Assembly (NCBI GenBank): GCA_031361415.1
Contig: JANMCU010000235.1
Coordinates: 5,123 to 69,122, forward strand
Length of the DNA: 64,000 bases
Direction of reading: 5' to 3'
From: Chloroflexota bacterium
GTDB lineage: Bacteria > Chloroflexota > Limnocylindria > Limnocylindrales > CSP1-4
This document shows positions 26,966 through 37,400 of this stretch, piece by piece. Under the pieces are notes generated by a model that did no database searches, had not been told where the DNA came from, and saw only the letters and a program-made list of their open reading frames with translations. The translations under genes and the position numbers were made by a program. The first letter of the stretch is position 1; every line of letters starts with the position of its first letter.

Positions 26966-29647
26966 CTACAGCGCGGCCGGGTCCAGCTTGGCCGGGTCGA
27001 CGTCCAGCGTCGCGATCGCCTTGGCGACCTTGTCGGGCGCCATCGCCCCGCACCGGCCGAGCTCGGCCAGCGCGGCCGCGGCAATGTGCGGCGGATCGAT
27101 CTCGAACAGCGTCCGGAGCGCCTCGCGGGTGTCGCTTCGGCCGAAGCCGTCGGTCCCGAGCGATACGTAGTACGGCGGCAGCCAGCGCGAAACCATGTCG
27201 GGCAGGGCCTTCATCCAGTCGCTGGCAGCGACGATCGGCCCGCCGTCCGGGCCGAGGACCGTCGCCACATAGGGCACGCGCGCCTTGTCGGCTGGATGCA
27301 GCCGGTTCCAGCGCTCGACCTCGAGCGCATCCCTGCGAAGCAGCGGGAACGACGGGGCGGAGTAGATCTCGGAGGCGATGCCGGCCTTGTCCGCGAGCAG
27401 GTCGCGCGCGGCGATGACCTGCTGCAGGATCGCGCCCGAGCCGACGAGCCGTGCCCGGTTGGCCTTCGGCCCGAGATCCGGCGCCTCGGCGAAGCGGTAG
27501 ATCCCGCGGATGATCCCCTCGTCGATCCCATCGGCCTTCTTCGGCTGGGCGTAGTTCTCGTTGTACAGGCTGATGTAGTAGAAGACGTCCTCGCCCCGGT
27601 GATACATCCGCTCGATTCCGTCGCGGACGATCGCGGCCAGCTCGTAGGCGAAGGCCGGGTCGTAGGCCCGGATGTTCGGGACGGTCTGGGCGAGGATGTG
27701 CGAGTGGCCGTCGTCGTGCTGGAGGCCCTCGCCGGTGAGGGTCGTTCGACCGGCCGTCGCACCCATCATGAAGCCGCGGCCCCGGGCGTCGGCCAGCGCC
27801 CAGATCTGGTCGCCGGTCCGCTGGAACCCGAACATCGAGTAGAAGATGTAGAACGGGATCACGGGGAAGCCGTGCGAGGCATACGAGGTGGCGGCGGCCT
27901 GGAGCGAGGCCATCGAGCCCGCCTCGGTGATGCCCTCCTCGAGGACCTGCCCGTCCTTCGCCTCGCGATACGACAGGACGAGGTCCGAGTCGACCGGCGA
28001 GTAGCGCTGGCCGAGCTGGGCGTAGATCCCGACCTCCTTGAAGAGCGGGTCCATGCCGAAGGTCCGTGCCTCGTCCGGGATGATCGGCACGATTCGCGAG
28101 CCGAGCTCCTTGTCGCGGATCAGGTTGCGCAGGATCCGGGTGAAGACCATGGTGGTCGAGACGGCGGTCTCCGAGCCGGTCGAGAACTCGGCATCGATCG
28201 CCGGCGCCGGCTTCGGAAGCGGATGGGCCTTCACCACCCGCCGCGGCAGCGAGCCGCCGAGGGCCTTGCGCCGCGCGCGGAGGTACTCGACCTCCTCCGA
28301 ATCGGGGCCCGGGTGGTAGTACGGCGCGTCCTTGAGCTTCGCGTCGGGGATCGGCAGCTCGAGCCGGTCGCGGAAGATTCGGAGCTCCGTCTCGGACAGC
28401 TTCTTCGCCTGGTGGGTGATGTTGCGCGCCTCGACCCCCGGTCCGAGCGTCCAGCCCTTGACCGTGTGGGCAAGGATGACGGTCGGCGCCCCGACGGCCT
28501 CGGTTGCGGCCTTGTACGCGGCGTAGACCTTGCGGTAGTCGTGGCCGCCGCGGCGGAGCTTGGCGAGGTCGTCGTCCGACAGGTGGTCGACGAGCTTGCG
28601 CAGCCGCGGATCCGGCCCGAAGAAATGCTCCCGGATGTAGGCGCCACCTGCGACCGAGTACTTCTGGAACTCGCCGTCGAGGGTGTTGTTCATCTTCTCG
28701 ACCAGGACGCCGTCGACGTCGCGCGCGAGAAGCTCATCCCACTCGCGGGCCCAGACGACCTTGATCACGTTCCAGCCGGAGCCGCGGAACACGGCCTCGA
28801 GCTCCTGGATGATCTTGCCGTTGCCGCGGACCGGCCCGTCGAGCCGCTGGAGGTTGCAGTTGACGACGAACGTCAGGTTGTCGAGGCCCTCGCGGGCGGC
28901 GACATGGAGCGCGCCGAGCGACTCCGGCTCGTCGGTCTCGCCGTCGCCGAGGAACGCCCAGATCCGTGAGCCGCTCGTGTCGAGCAGCCCGCGGTTCTGC
29001 AGATAGCGGTTGTAGCGGGCCTGGTAGATGGCGCTGATCGGGCCGAGACCCATCGAGACCGTCGGGAACTCCCAGAAGTCGGGCATCAGGCGCGGATGGG
29101 GATAGGAGCTCAGGCCCTGACCCGGCACGGTCTCGCGCCGGAAGTGGTCGAGCTGGTCCTCGGTCAGGCGACCCTCGAGGTAGGCTCGGGCGTACATCCC
29201 CGGCGCGGCGTGACCCTGGTAGAAGATCTGGTCGCCCGATCCGGGGCCGTCCTTGCCCTTGAAGAAGTGGTTGAAGCCGACCTCGTACAGCGAGGCCGCC
29301 GACGCGTAGGTCGCGAGATGGCCGCCGATGCCCGTGAACCGCGTGTTCGCACGGAGGACCATGGCGACGGCGTTCCAGCGCACGATCCGCCGGATCCGGT
29401 GCTCGATCTGCTCATCGCCCGGGAAGAACGGCTCCTGCTCGGGGCTGATTGTGTTGATGTAGCGGGTCTGGGTCAGCGGCGGCAGCCCGACGTGGAGCTG
29501 GCGAGCGCGCTTGAGCAGCTTGTAGACGAGGAAGCGGGCGCGGCTCTCGCCCTCCTGCTCGACGAGCTGGTCGAAGGATGCGAGCCACTCATCGGTCTCG
29601 GCGGGATCGATGTCCGGGAGCTGTTGCTTGAATTCGTCGAAGGTCAT
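26966..29647 (-). CDS. aceE: pyruvate dehydrogenase E1 component (homodimeric AceE type)
   Basis: Full-length E1 (893 aa from MTFDEFKQQLPDIDPAETDEWLASFD...), ThDP-binding motifs. Confidence 0.9.
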   Translation of the reverse strand: MTFDEFKQQLPDIDPAETDEWLASFDQLVEQEGESRARFLVYKLLKRARQLHVGLPPLTQTRYINTISPEQEPFFPGDEQIEHRIRRIVRWNAVAMVLRANTRFTGIGGHLATYASAASLYEVGFNHFFKGKDGPGSGDQIFYQGHAAPGMYARAYLEGRLTEDQLDHFRRETVPGQGLSSYPHPRLMPDFWEFPTVSMGLGPISAIYQARYNRYLQNRGLLDTSGSRIWAFLGDGETDEPESLGALHVAAREGLDNLTFVVNCNLQRLDGPVRGNGKIIQELEAVFRGSGWNVIKVVWAREWDELLARDVDGVLVEKMNNTLDGEFQKYSVAGGAYIREHFFGPDPRLRKLVDHLSDDDLAKLRRGGHDYRKVYAAYKAATEAVGAPTVILAHTVKGWTLGPGVEARNITHQAKKLSETELRIFRDRLELPIPDAKLKDAPYYHPGPDSEEVEYLRARRKALGGSLPRRVVKAHPLPKPAPAIDAEFSTGSETAVSTTMVFTRILRNLIRDKELGSRIVPIIPDEARTFGMDPLFKEVGIYAQLGQRYSPVDSDLVLSYREAKDGQVLEEGITEAGSMASLQAAATSYASHGFPVIPFYIFYSMFGFQRTGDQIWALADARGRGFMMGATAGRTTLTGEGLQHDDGHSHILAQTVPNIRAYDPAFAYELAAIVRDGIERMYHRGEDVFYYISLYNENYAQPKKADGIDEGIIRGIYRFAEAPDLGPKANRARLVGSGAILQQVIAARDLLADKAGIASEIYSAPSFPLLRRDALEVERWNRLHPADKARVPYVATVLGPDGGPIVAASDWMKALPDMVSRWLPPYYVSLGTDGFGRSDTREALRTLFEIDPPHIAAAALAELGRCGAMAPDKVAKAIATLDVDPAKLDPAAL

Positions 29648-29687
29648 CGCTGCCTCGGGGGATGCGGGGTGCGGTCGGTCGGGTCGA

Positions 29688-30056
29688 TCAGGCGGGCTCG
29701 AGCCGGTAGTTGGCATCGAGCATGTCGGGCTCGAGCATCGTCGCGAGCGAGTCCGGGTCGTGGGCGTACTTGGCCTGGAGGGCGGTCGAGATCCGCTCGA
29801 TCGCATCCGGATCGGTCGCCGGGATGGCCGTCGCCGCCAGGCGCCGACCGTCCACGTGGAGCGCCACCGCGGGGTTCGCGTCCGCCTCTCGGAACCAGCG
29901 GGCCGGCCGGCCGCGATAGGAACGGATGAAGGTGTCGGCCCCGTTGACCACCACCCAGATGATCGTCCGGTGGACCGGCCCGTCCGGCGCCTGGGTCTCG
30001 ATTTCGACCTCCTCCGCCGCGGCGAGCCGGGCGAGGTCGTCCGTTCCAAAGCTCAT
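29688..30056 (-). CDS. DUF2255 family protein
   Basis: Start at Met72 of ORF; immediately upstream of aceE. Confidence 0.55.
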   Translation of the reverse strand: MSFGTDDLARLAAAEEVEIETQAPDGPVHRTIIWVVVNGADTFIRSYRGRPARWFREADANPAVALHVDGRRLAATAIPATDPDAIERISTALQAKYAHDPDSLATMLEPDMLDANYRLEPA

Positions 30057-30145
30057 CGGCGCCAGCGTAGCCCAAGCCCGCCCGCCTGTCCGTTGCGGGA
30101 CGGTTGCGCCGACCCCGCCCGCGGGCGGATTGATATGCGCACGTA

Positions 30146-30162
30146 ACGGTTCTGCAATGTCG
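30146..30162 (+). promoter_or_regulatory. second copy of 17-mer ACGGTTCTGCAATGTCG; possible TTGATA-N17-TGCAAT promoter upstream of response regulator
   Basis: Exact repeat of 7883-7899; TTGATA 17 nt upstream of TGCAAT. Confidence 0.3.
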
Positions 30163-30301
30163 GAGGCGAGTGGGCGGAACGGTCCGATCCCCATTCTCGG
30201 GCCACCCGGTCGATCGGTCGCCGATCGGCCCGGCGCGATCCGGCGGTCGGCGCGCCGAACCGTCACCATCAGGACATCACCATCGCCAAGAGAGGTGCCG
30301 C

Positions 30302-31087
30302 GTGGGAACCCAGCCCCTGGTCCTCGTCGCCGATGACGAGCCCCGGATCACGAAGCTCGTCTCGATCGCCCTGAGCGAGGAGGGCTTCCGGGTCGTCACC
30401 GCGACGGGCGGCGAGGATGCCCTCGCGAAGGCCGAGGAGATCCGCCCGGACATCGTCCTGCTCGACATCGTCATGCCCGACCTGGACGGGATCGAGGTCA
30501 TGCGCCAGCTTCGCGAGCAGCGCCCGGTGCCGGTCATCCTGCTGACCGCGAAAGGGGCGACGGCGGACAAGGCCAAGGGCCTCGATCTCGGCGCTGACGA
30601 CTACATCGCCAAGCCGTTCCATCCGGACGAGCTGGCGGCCCGCGTCCGGGCCGTCATCCGGCGCTCGACCGGTGTCGAGCCGGGAGCCGGAGTCGTCGCG
30701 TTCGACGACGTCGAGATCGACCTCGAACGGCGGATGGTCCGCCGGGGCGGCGAGCTGGTCCAGCTCTCGCGAACCGAGTGGCTCCTGCTCCAGCACCTGG
30801 CGACCCACCCGGGCAAGGTCGTTCTCCACACCGAGCTCCTGACCAAGGTCTGGGGACCGGAGTACCGCGATGACCTCCAGTACTTGCGGGTCTGGATCAG
30901 CCGGGTCCGTCGCAAGCTGGGCGCGAAGCCCGGCGAGCCCGGCCGGATCCGCACGTTCCAGGGCATCGGCTACCTGCTCGATGTCGAAGGCAACGCGGGT
31001 GGCGGGGTCGAGCCGGCCGATGATGTCGCCGAGATCGGCGACGACGCGGTCGAGTCGGACGGCAAGGCGGCCGCGACGGTCGGCTGA
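30302..31087 (+). CDS. OmpR-family two-component response regulator
   Basis: Receiver domain (LVADDEPRI...LLDIVMPDLDG...LTAKG) and winged-helix output; GTG start with AGAGAGG RBS. Confidence 0.85.
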   Translation: MGTQPLVLVADDEPRITKLVSIALSEEGFRVVTATGGEDALAKAEEIRPDIVLLDIVMPDLDGIEVMRQLREQRPVPVILLTAKGATADKAKGLDLGADDYIAKPFHPDELAARVRAVIRRSTGVEPGAGVVAFDDVEIDLERRMVRRGGELVQLSRTEWLLLQHLATHPGKVVLHTELLTKVWGPEYRDDLQYLRVWISRVRRKLGAKPGEPGRIRTFQGIGYLLDVEGNAGGGVEPADDVAEIGDDAVESDGKAAATVG

Positions 31088-31318
31088 TCCATCGGCCCCG
31101 AGAACGCACGAAGGAGCGGCGCCCGTCGCAGGACGGGCGCCGTTCCACGTCCGCCCGCCTTCCAAGGGCGATTCAGCATGTTGGCGAGACCCGCGCCGCG
31201 CGGCACATCCGTCACCTCGCTGCAACGCCCTCGGGTGGCATGGCGGCCGGACGCAAAGCCCGCGGGTCGATGCTGATCTCCCGCCGCTTCGGCGGCAACG
31301 GATCGGAGGCACCACGCC

Positions 31319-31747
31319 ATGACATACGAAGAACGCGTCGTTCGCGACGAGCAGCCGGCAACGGTCCCGGGCACGACCTACGACACCGGAACCACGGTCG
31401 CCGGCGGCTCCAGCGTCGTGGAGCGCCGGGTCACGACGACGCCGAGCGGCGGCGAGCTCGCCAGTCGCGTCGTGATCCTGGTGTTCGGGATCGTGCAGGT
31501 GTTCATCATCCTGCGGATCGTCCTGCTGCTCCTGAACGCCCGTGAGGGCAACGATCTGGTCTCGTTCATCCTGAACACGAGCCAGGTCTTCGTCGCCCCG
31601 TTCAACGGGATGCTCAACGTCGACAACCTGAAGTCGGGCGGGTCGATCTTCGACATCGCCGCGGTCCTCGCCCTGATCGGCTGGACCGTCCTCGAGGCCC
31701 TGATCCTCGCCGCGGTCGGCGTCTTCCGGCGCGAGCCGGCCGTCTGA
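31319..31747 (+). CDS. YggT-like membrane protein
   Basis: YggT-type TM pattern (ILVFGIVQVFIILRIVLLLL...FVAPFNGM). Confidence 0.55.
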   Translation: MTYEERVVRDEQPATVPGTTYDTGTTVAGGSSVVERRVTTTPSGGELASRVVILVFGIVQVFIILRIVLLLLNAREGNDLVSFILNTSQVFVAPFNGMLNVDNLKSGGSIFDIAAVLALIGWTVLEALILAAVGVFRREPAV

Positions 31748-31895
31748 CCTCGGGCATTCCACTCACCGCGGACATTCAACCGGCCGAGCGGGTCTGACGA
31801 ACACCCGCCCTCCACAGCCCGACGACGGCGCCGACATGGCGCCGTCGTCGGCGTTTGCCCGTGGCGCCGCGGACCGCGTTTGCTAGCGTTAGCGG

Positions 31896-32507
31896 ATGCA
31901 GCGCTACGACCGGCGGACCGCTCTCGTGATCGTCGATCTCCAGAACGACTTCGCGGACCCGCAGGGCGGGCTCGCGGTCCATGGCGGCGCCAACCTCGTC
32001 CCGATCATCAACGCCGAGATCGAGATGGCCCGGTCGGCGGAGGCGGCGATCGTCTTCACCCAGGACTGGCACCCGGCCACGACGCCCCACTTCGCGAAGG
32101 ACGGCGGCATCTGGCCGGTCCACTGCGTCGGCGGGACGTGGGGCGCCGAGCTCTCCCCCGAGGTCGATCCGGCCGCCGCTGCGAGCGCGCCTCGCGTTCG
32201 CAAGGGGGCAAACGGCGAGGACGGCTTCTCCGGATTCACGATGCGCGACCCGATGTCGGGCGAGACGACGCCGACCGATCTGGAGCGGATTCTCCGTGAC
32301 GGCGCGATCGAGCGAGTCGTCGTGTGCGGCCTGGCAACCGATTACTGCGTCAAGGCGACCGCGCTCGACGGCGCCCGCCTCGGCTTCGAGACCGCCGTCC
32401 TCCTTGACGCGATCCGTCCGGTCGAGCGTGCTCCGGGCGACGAGCAGCGGGCGATCGAGGAGATGACCGCGGGCGGCGTCCATCCCTGGTCGACCCGGAT
32501 GCGTTGA
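31896..32507 (+). CDS. isochorismatase-family hydrolase (nicotinamidase/pyrazinamidase-like)
   Basis: Isochorismatase-fold catalytic Asp/Cys region (ALVIVDLQNDF...VVVCGLATDYCVKATALD). Confidence 0.85.
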   Translation: MQRYDRRTALVIVDLQNDFADPQGGLAVHGGANLVPIINAEIEMARSAEAAIVFTQDWHPATTPHFAKDGGIWPVHCVGGTWGAELSPEVDPAAAASAPRVRKGANGEDGFSGFTMRDPMSGETTPTDLERILRDGAIERVVVCGLATDYCVKATALDGARLGFETAVLLDAIRPVERAPGDEQRAIEEMTAGGVHPWSTRMR

Positions 32508-33403
32508 GCCCGCGCCCGATGCAGCTCCACCTCGTCGACGCCACCTACGAGCTGTTCCGCGCCCACTTCGCCCCGCGACCGCCCGTCCACGGTCGCGACG
32601 GACGGCTCCTGTCGGGCGTGTCCGGGCTGTGCGACCAGGTCCTCTACCTCCTTCGCGAGGAGGGTGCCACGCATGTCGCGTGCGCCACGGACCGGGTCAT
32701 CGAATCGTTCCGCAACGACCTGTTCCCGGGCTACAAGTCGTCGGCCGGGATGGATCCGGAGCTGCTCTCCCAGTTCCCGATCGCGGAGGAGGCGATCGAG
32801 GCGCTCGGCGTCGTGCTCTGGCCGATGGTCGAGCTCGAAGCCGACGACGCGATCGGTACCGCGGCCGCGCGCTTCGGCGCCGATCCGGCGGTCGAGCGGA
32901 TCGTCATCTGCACACCGGACAAGGACATGGCCCAGTGCGTCGTCGACGAGCGGATCGTGCTCCGCGACCGCCGTCGTGGGATCACGTACGACCGGGCCGG
33001 CGTGCTCGAGAAATGGGGAGTCGAGCCCGCCTCGATCCCGGACTACCTGGCCCTCGTCGGCGATTCGTCCGACGGCTACCCCGGGCTGCCCGGCTGGGGC
33101 GCCAAGTCGACCGCCGTGGTGCTGCGCCGATACGGCTCGATCGATGCGATCCCGTCGAAGGCGAGTGACTGGGACGTTCACGGGGTCAGCGGCACCGTCC
33201 GGCTGGCGGCTGTCCTCGTCGAGCAGCACGACGCGGCGATCCTGTACCGGACGCTGGCCCGGCTCCGGCTCGTCGCCGCCCACCCGCACACCACGGCGAC
33301 CGAGCTCGAATGGCGCGGCACGCCGCGCTCCACGTGGGAGGCATTCTGCGATCGGTGGGAGCTCGACCGCCTGCGCGCGAGGCCGCACCGCTGGCTGGTG
33401 TAG
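32504..33403 (+). CDS. 5'-3' exonuclease (FEN family, stand-alone Pol I-like exonuclease)
   Basis: 5'-3' exonuclease N and C domains; start overlaps upstream stop (alternative ATG at 32519). Confidence 0.85.
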   Translation: MSPRPMQLHLVDATYELFRAHFAPRPPVHGRDGRLLSGVSGLCDQVLYLLREEGATHVACATDRVIESFRNDLFPGYKSSAGMDPELLSQFPIAEEAIEALGVVLWPMVELEADDAIGTAAARFGADPAVERIVICTPDKDMAQCVVDERIVLRDRRRGITYDRAGVLEKWGVEPASIPDYLALVGDSSDGYPGLPGWGAKSTAVVLRRYGSIDAIPSKASDWDVHGVSGTVRLAAVLVEQHDAAILYRTLARLRLVAAHPHTTATELEWRGTPRSTWEAFCDRWELDRLRARPHRWLV

Positions 33404-33460
33404 GGCGGTTCGGCGGCGGGTCGGCGGCGGGTCGGCGGCGAAACCGGGCCTCGGAAGGCC

Positions 33461-34318
33461 TCAGTGCTCGTTGGCGAGCTTGAGCAGCCGGGCGTGGAAT
33501 GGGCCCGGTGCGGCGATCAACCCGATGGATCGCGACGATCGCGCGGGGTCGTACCATCTCGACCGATCGAATGCGGACACCGTGGCCCCCGCCCGTGCTG
33601 CGATCAGCCCGGCGGCGGCGATGTCCCAGAGCGAGAGGCTCGTCTCCTGGACAAAGGCGTCGAACCGTCCGTTGCCGACGTAGGCCAGCGCGAGCGATGC
33701 CGATCCCATCGAGCGCGAGACACGAACCTCGCGCCGGATCGCGCGGGCCCGGCTCGACACCGACCGCCCGGCAAGGGACAGGGAGATCACGCAATCCGAC
33801 AGCTTGTCCTTCGCGGATGCCCGGATGACACGTCCGTTGAGCGTCGCCGGCCCGTCGACCGTGGCCGCGAATGTCTCTCCACGGGTCGGATCGAGGACCG
33901 CGCCCGCGGTGGGCCGGCCGTCGACGACAAAGCCGATCGAGACGCAGAAGACCGGCAGGCCGTTGGCGTAGTTGACGGTCCCGTCGAGCGGATCGATCAC
34001 CCAGGTCCGCCCGTTCACCGGCCCCGACGCGTTGGCCGCGTGGGCACCGGACTCCTCGGCCAGGATCGCATCCGACGGGAATCGCGTCCGGATCGCGTCG
34101 ATCACGAGCGCCTCGGACAGGTGGTCCGCTTCGGTCACGACGTCGGTCGCGCTCTTGTGGTCGATCCGCTCGAGCCGCTCGTAGCGGTCCATGAGGATCG
34201 CCCCGGCGGCTGCCGCGGTCTCGACCGCGAAGGCCAGCTCGGCCGCCCAGACCGACACCGTGTCGCCGCCACCGTCGGTCTCGTCCGCAACGGCGGCTGC
34301 GCCGTCGACGTCCGTCAC
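33461..34318 (-). CDS. inositol monophosphatase family protein
   Basis: IMPase motifs (WVIDPLDGT, WDIAAG); GTG start overlapping upstream stop (GTGA). Confidence 0.8.
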   Translation of the reverse strand: MTDVDGAAAVADETDGGGDTVSVWAAELAFAVETAAAAGAILMDRYERLERIDHKSATDVVTEADHLSEALVIDAIRTRFPSDAILAEESGAHAANASGPVNGRTWVIDPLDGTVNYANGLPVFCVSIGFVVDGRPTAGAVLDPTRGETFAATVDGPATLNGRVIRASAKDKLSDCVISLSLAGRSVSSRARAIRREVRVSRSMGSASLALAYVGNGRFDAFVQETSLSLWDIAAAGLIAARAGATVSAFDRSRWYDPARSSRSIGLIAAPGPFHARLLKLANEH

Positions 34319-34794
34319 GGCCCGGTGCAGGCGACCGAGAGCGGCCGATCGGGGCTGCCGAACGTGACGGCCTGGTCGAACGTCACCGTCTGGCCCGGGG
34401 CGATCCGCGGGGTGTAGACGAACGTCGAGTGGAGCAACGCGGGGTCGAGCGGGTCGGTCAGCCGGCAGGTGGCGCTGCCGGTCGCGCGGCCGTCGTTGCG
34501 CACCTCGATCGTCTCGATCAGCAGGCCGGACGTGACGCCGGGCCCAACCGCGCTGACCCGGGCGGTGAACGGCCCGATTCCGGCGACGGCGAGATGGGCC
34601 GCGATCGCGAGCATCGCGACCGCCAGCCCCACGCCGAGGAACACGGTGCCGTGGACCTGCGAACTGGCACTGTCCTTGAGGCCGAGCGGATTGCAGCGCT
34701 CGCACAGGCCGACGTCGAGGGCCACCGGCGCGCCGCAGCGGGCGCAGGCATGAGTCTGGGCCGAAACGGCCGGAACGGTGGCGGGGGCGGTCAT
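34315..34794 (-). CDS. zinc-ribbon-containing membrane protein (hypothetical)
   Basis: CARCGAPV...CERCNPLG Cys4 ribbon followed by TM helix. Confidence 0.5.
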   Translation of the reverse strand: MTAPATVPAVSAQTHACARCGAPVALDVGLCERCNPLGLKDSASSQVHGTVFLGVGLAVAMLAIAAHLAVAGIGPFTARVSAVGPGVTSGLLIETIEVRNDGRATGSATCRLTDPLDPALLHSTFVYTPRIAPGQTVTFDQAVTFGSPDRPLSVACTGP

Positions 34795-34849
34795 CGCACG
34801 CTCGATGGTGCCACGGATCGACCAGCGGGGCCGCGGCCGGTTGCCCGGG

Positions 34850-35689
34850 CTACCAGCGCGCGACGGCCTCGACGAGAGCGTCGACGTCGGCGGTCGAGCG
34901 AGCGAGGACGATCGCCCCGTCGGCCCCGATCTCGTGCCAGCGCTCCCAGGCCGCGCGCGGCTCACGGACCCACTCGGTCTCCGCGATGTCGGACTCGCCG
35001 AGCCAGTCGCCCTGGAACCCGACCAGGATGCGCTGCCGATCGCGCGGCCGGCCACTCGCCGCGAGGGCCTCGAGGTAGAGCGGCAGGTTCTGGGCGAAGT
35101 TGTCGTCGAAGGCGGACCATCCGTCGCCGATCCGGCCGGCGAGCCGCGCCCCGGCCGGCGTCTCGCCGCCGACGATGATCGGCGGGGGCGGCTCCGGTAC
35201 GGGCAGGGCGGTCGCGTCGACGAGCGGGTACCACGGCGACGGCCGGGTGACGGGACCGCCGGTCCACAGGGCGCGCAGGACCGCGACGGCCTCCTCGAGC
35301 CGGGCGACCCGCTCGGGCGCGTCGGGGAACTCCATCCCGTACGCCGCGTGCTCCTTCGGGGCGCCGCCGATCCCGATCCCGAGGACGAGCCGGCCGCCGC
35401 TCGCGACCTGGAGCGTCGACGCCATCCGGGCGAGGAGCGCCGGATGCCGGTTCATCACGTTGGCGACGAACGTGCCGACCGTGATCTGCGAGGTGGATGC
35501 CGCCGCCATTGCCAGGATCGTCCAGCTCTCGACCACGGGAGCGGGGTTCTTGCCGCGGCCCATGAAATGGTCCCACGACCAGACGCCTGCGTAGCCGGCC
35601 GCGTCGAGACGCCGGGCGCTCTCGAGCCACCATCCGGGCTCGGCACGGATCGAGCGGATCGAGACTCCGATGGGAAGCGGGTCGCTCAT
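34850..35689 (-). CDS. LLM-class F420-dependent oxidoreductase
   Basis: Luciferase-like monooxygenase TIM-barrel family. Confidence 0.8.
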   Translation of the reverse strand: MSDPLPIGVSIRSIRAEPGWWLESARRLDAAGYAGVWSWDHFMGRGKNPAPVVESWTILAMAAASTSQITVGTFVANVMNRHPALLARMASTLQVASGGRLVLGIGIGGAPKEHAAYGMEFPDAPERVARLEEAVAVLRALWTGGPVTRPSPWYPLVDATALPVPEPPPPIIVGGETPAGARLAGRIGDGWSAFDDNFAQNLPLYLEALAASGRPRDRQRILVGFQGDWLGESDIAETEWVREPRAAWERWHEIGADGAIVLARSTADVDALVEAVARW

Positions 35690-35905
35690 CGACCGGCCGC
35701 CGCAAAGCTGCCGAGCCCCGCCATCTGGCCTGATATTCCGCGGGGGACTGGCACGGCGACTTCGCGGGCCGAATCGCGTGAGATCGGCGCGATCGTTGGC
35801 GTTCGACGACCAAGTGCGCGCGCTGCCCGACCGACAGGACGTCGTACGAGTCCCGGGGCGAATGTTCGCCGACATTGGCCGGCGTCGACGCGTAAGGCCA
35901 CCGAG

Positions 35906-36757
35906 CTACAGCCCCGTCTCGAACAGCCGAATATCCTCCGCCGAGGTGACGTGGCCGTCGCCGCGAGTGTGCTCGAGGGCCGCCCGGGCACCGAGCGCGT
36001 CGAGGTCGGCCGGAAAGCGACCGATCATGTCGAGGACGACCTTCTGGATCCGCTCGGCGTTCTGGGCGAAGACCTCGAGGACCGATCGGGCGTCGACGGC
36101 TTCGGTGCCCTCGAGGACGCCCGCATCGTAGTCGGTGATCAGGGCGATGTTGACGACCGCCATGCCGAGCTCGCGGCACAGGTACGCCTCGGGATACTGG
36201 GTCATCGAGATGACCTCCCAGCCGGCGTCGCTGAACCACTTCGATTCGGCCTTGGTCGAGAAGCGCGGGCCGTTGATGATCACGATCGTGCCCCGCTCGT
36301 GGAACGGGATGCCGTGCTCGCGGATCACGTCGGCGGCGACGCCGCGCAGGACCGGGTCGTAGATCTCGGCCGAGCTGACGTGGGTGACGATCGGGCCGTC
36401 GAAGAAGGTCGACTCGCGGCCGTACGTCCGGTCGACGAACTGGTCGCACAGCACGAAGTCGCCGGGCTTGACGTCGCGCTGGAGCGAGCCCGCGGCGCAC
36501 GGCGAGATCACGGCCCTGACCCCGAGCGAACGCATCGCCCAGACGTTCGCCCGGTAGTTGATCCGGTGCGGCGGGATCGTGTGGCGCCGGCCGTGGCGCG
36601 GCAGGAACGCAACCTTGCGGCCGCCGACCGTCGCGAGAAAGAACGAATCCGAGGGTGGGCCGTACGGCGTGTCGACCTTGATCTCGCGGACATCGTCGAG
36701 GAGCGAGTAGAAGCCCGAGCCCCCGAAGACCCCGATCTCCGCCGTGTCCGCAACCAC
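35906..36757 (-). CDS. mtnP: S-methyl-5'-thioadenosine phosphorylase
   Basis: MTAP core motifs; GTG start with GGGAGG RBS; upstream 230 codons of ORF judged spurious. Confidence 0.85.
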   Translation of the reverse strand: MVADTAEIGVFGGSGFYSLLDDVREIKVDTPYGPPSDSFFLATVGGRKVAFLPRHGRRHTIPPHRINYRANVWAMRSLGVRAVISPCAAGSLQRDVKPGDFVLCDQFVDRTYGRESTFFDGPIVTHVSSAEIYDPVLRGVAADVIREHGIPFHERGTIVIINGPRFSTKAESKWFSDAGWEVISMTQYPEAYLCRELGMAVVNIALITDYDAGVLEGTEAVDARSVLEVFAQNAERIQKVVLDMIGRFPADLDALGARAALEHTRGDGHVTSAEDIRLFETGL

Positions 36758-36958
36758 CGTCGTGAGCCTCCCTTCGTCCGTGGCCGGACGCGGCGGCGCC
36801 GGGCGCCGCACGGGCCGGTGGTCGGGCAAGGCCAGCCGATCCGGCGGCCGTCGTCGATCGGCGGCATTGTCGCACGGCTGACCGACCGCGGGCCGCCGGC
36901 GGGTCGCCGGCGCGATCCCGACCCGGATACGATGGCCCGGCCGCCAGAGGACCCGCCG

Positions 36959-37363
36959 ATGACCGATCCGATCGACCAGACCGAGCCTCACGAGCCGGAG
37001 TTCAGCCAGCGCGGGCCAGGCCCGGGACTCGCCCCGGCGGCCCCGGCACGCGCCCCTGCGGCCACGACCATTCCCGCCTCGGATCCCGTCCACCCGCTCC
37101 AGGTCCGTCCGGATCGGCCGGCCGACAGCGGCTGGCGCGAGCCGGCCTGGTTCCCGCCGCGCAACCAACACGATCGCGATCGTCGGCCGAGCACATTTGC
37201 CGTCGTCGTCGGGCTGATCCTGATCGGGATCGGCGGCTACTTCTTCCTCGACCGCACGCTCGGCATCCCGATGCCCCCGATCCAGTGGTCGAGTGTCTGG
37301 CCGGTCATCCTGATCGTGATCGGCGGGCTGATCCTCCTGCGCTCGTTCCAGCGCAAGGCCTGA
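36959..37363 (+). CDS. hypothetical membrane protein (2 C-terminal TM)
   Basis: Embedded in a long spurious ORF; ATG at 36959; Pro-rich N-term, two TM helices. Confidence 0.45.
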   Translation: MTDPIDQTEPHEPEFSQRGPGPGLAPAAPARAPAATTIPASDPVHPLQVRPDRPADSGWREPAWFPPRNQHDRDRRPSTFAVVVGLILIGIGGYFFLDRTLGIPMPPIQWSSVWPVILIVIGGLILLRSFQRKA

Positions 37364-37400
37364 GATCCCCGATGACTCACGTGTCCCCGCTCGCCCGGCC

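Noticed and set aside
30170-30301. Upstream start (GTG 30170 with GGAGG) for the response regulator
   Set aside because: The extension lacks receiver-domain sequence. GTG at 30302 with AGAGAGG RBS starts directly at the canonical receiver N-terminus (LVLVADDEP).
34778-37363. 861-aa plus-strand ORF (and similar long ORFs, e.g. 34962..36875 minus, 12056..14482 minus, 26924..28969 plus, 24217..25272 minus, 18602..19711 minus)
   Set aside because: Arg/Pro/Gly-rich low-information translations lying antisense or out of frame to well-supported genes (LLM oxidoreductase, MTAP, histidine kinase, aceE, ABC permease). These are typical high-GC frame artefacts. Only the C-terminal 135 codons of 34778..37363 (36959..37363) were kept, as a plausible small membrane protein.
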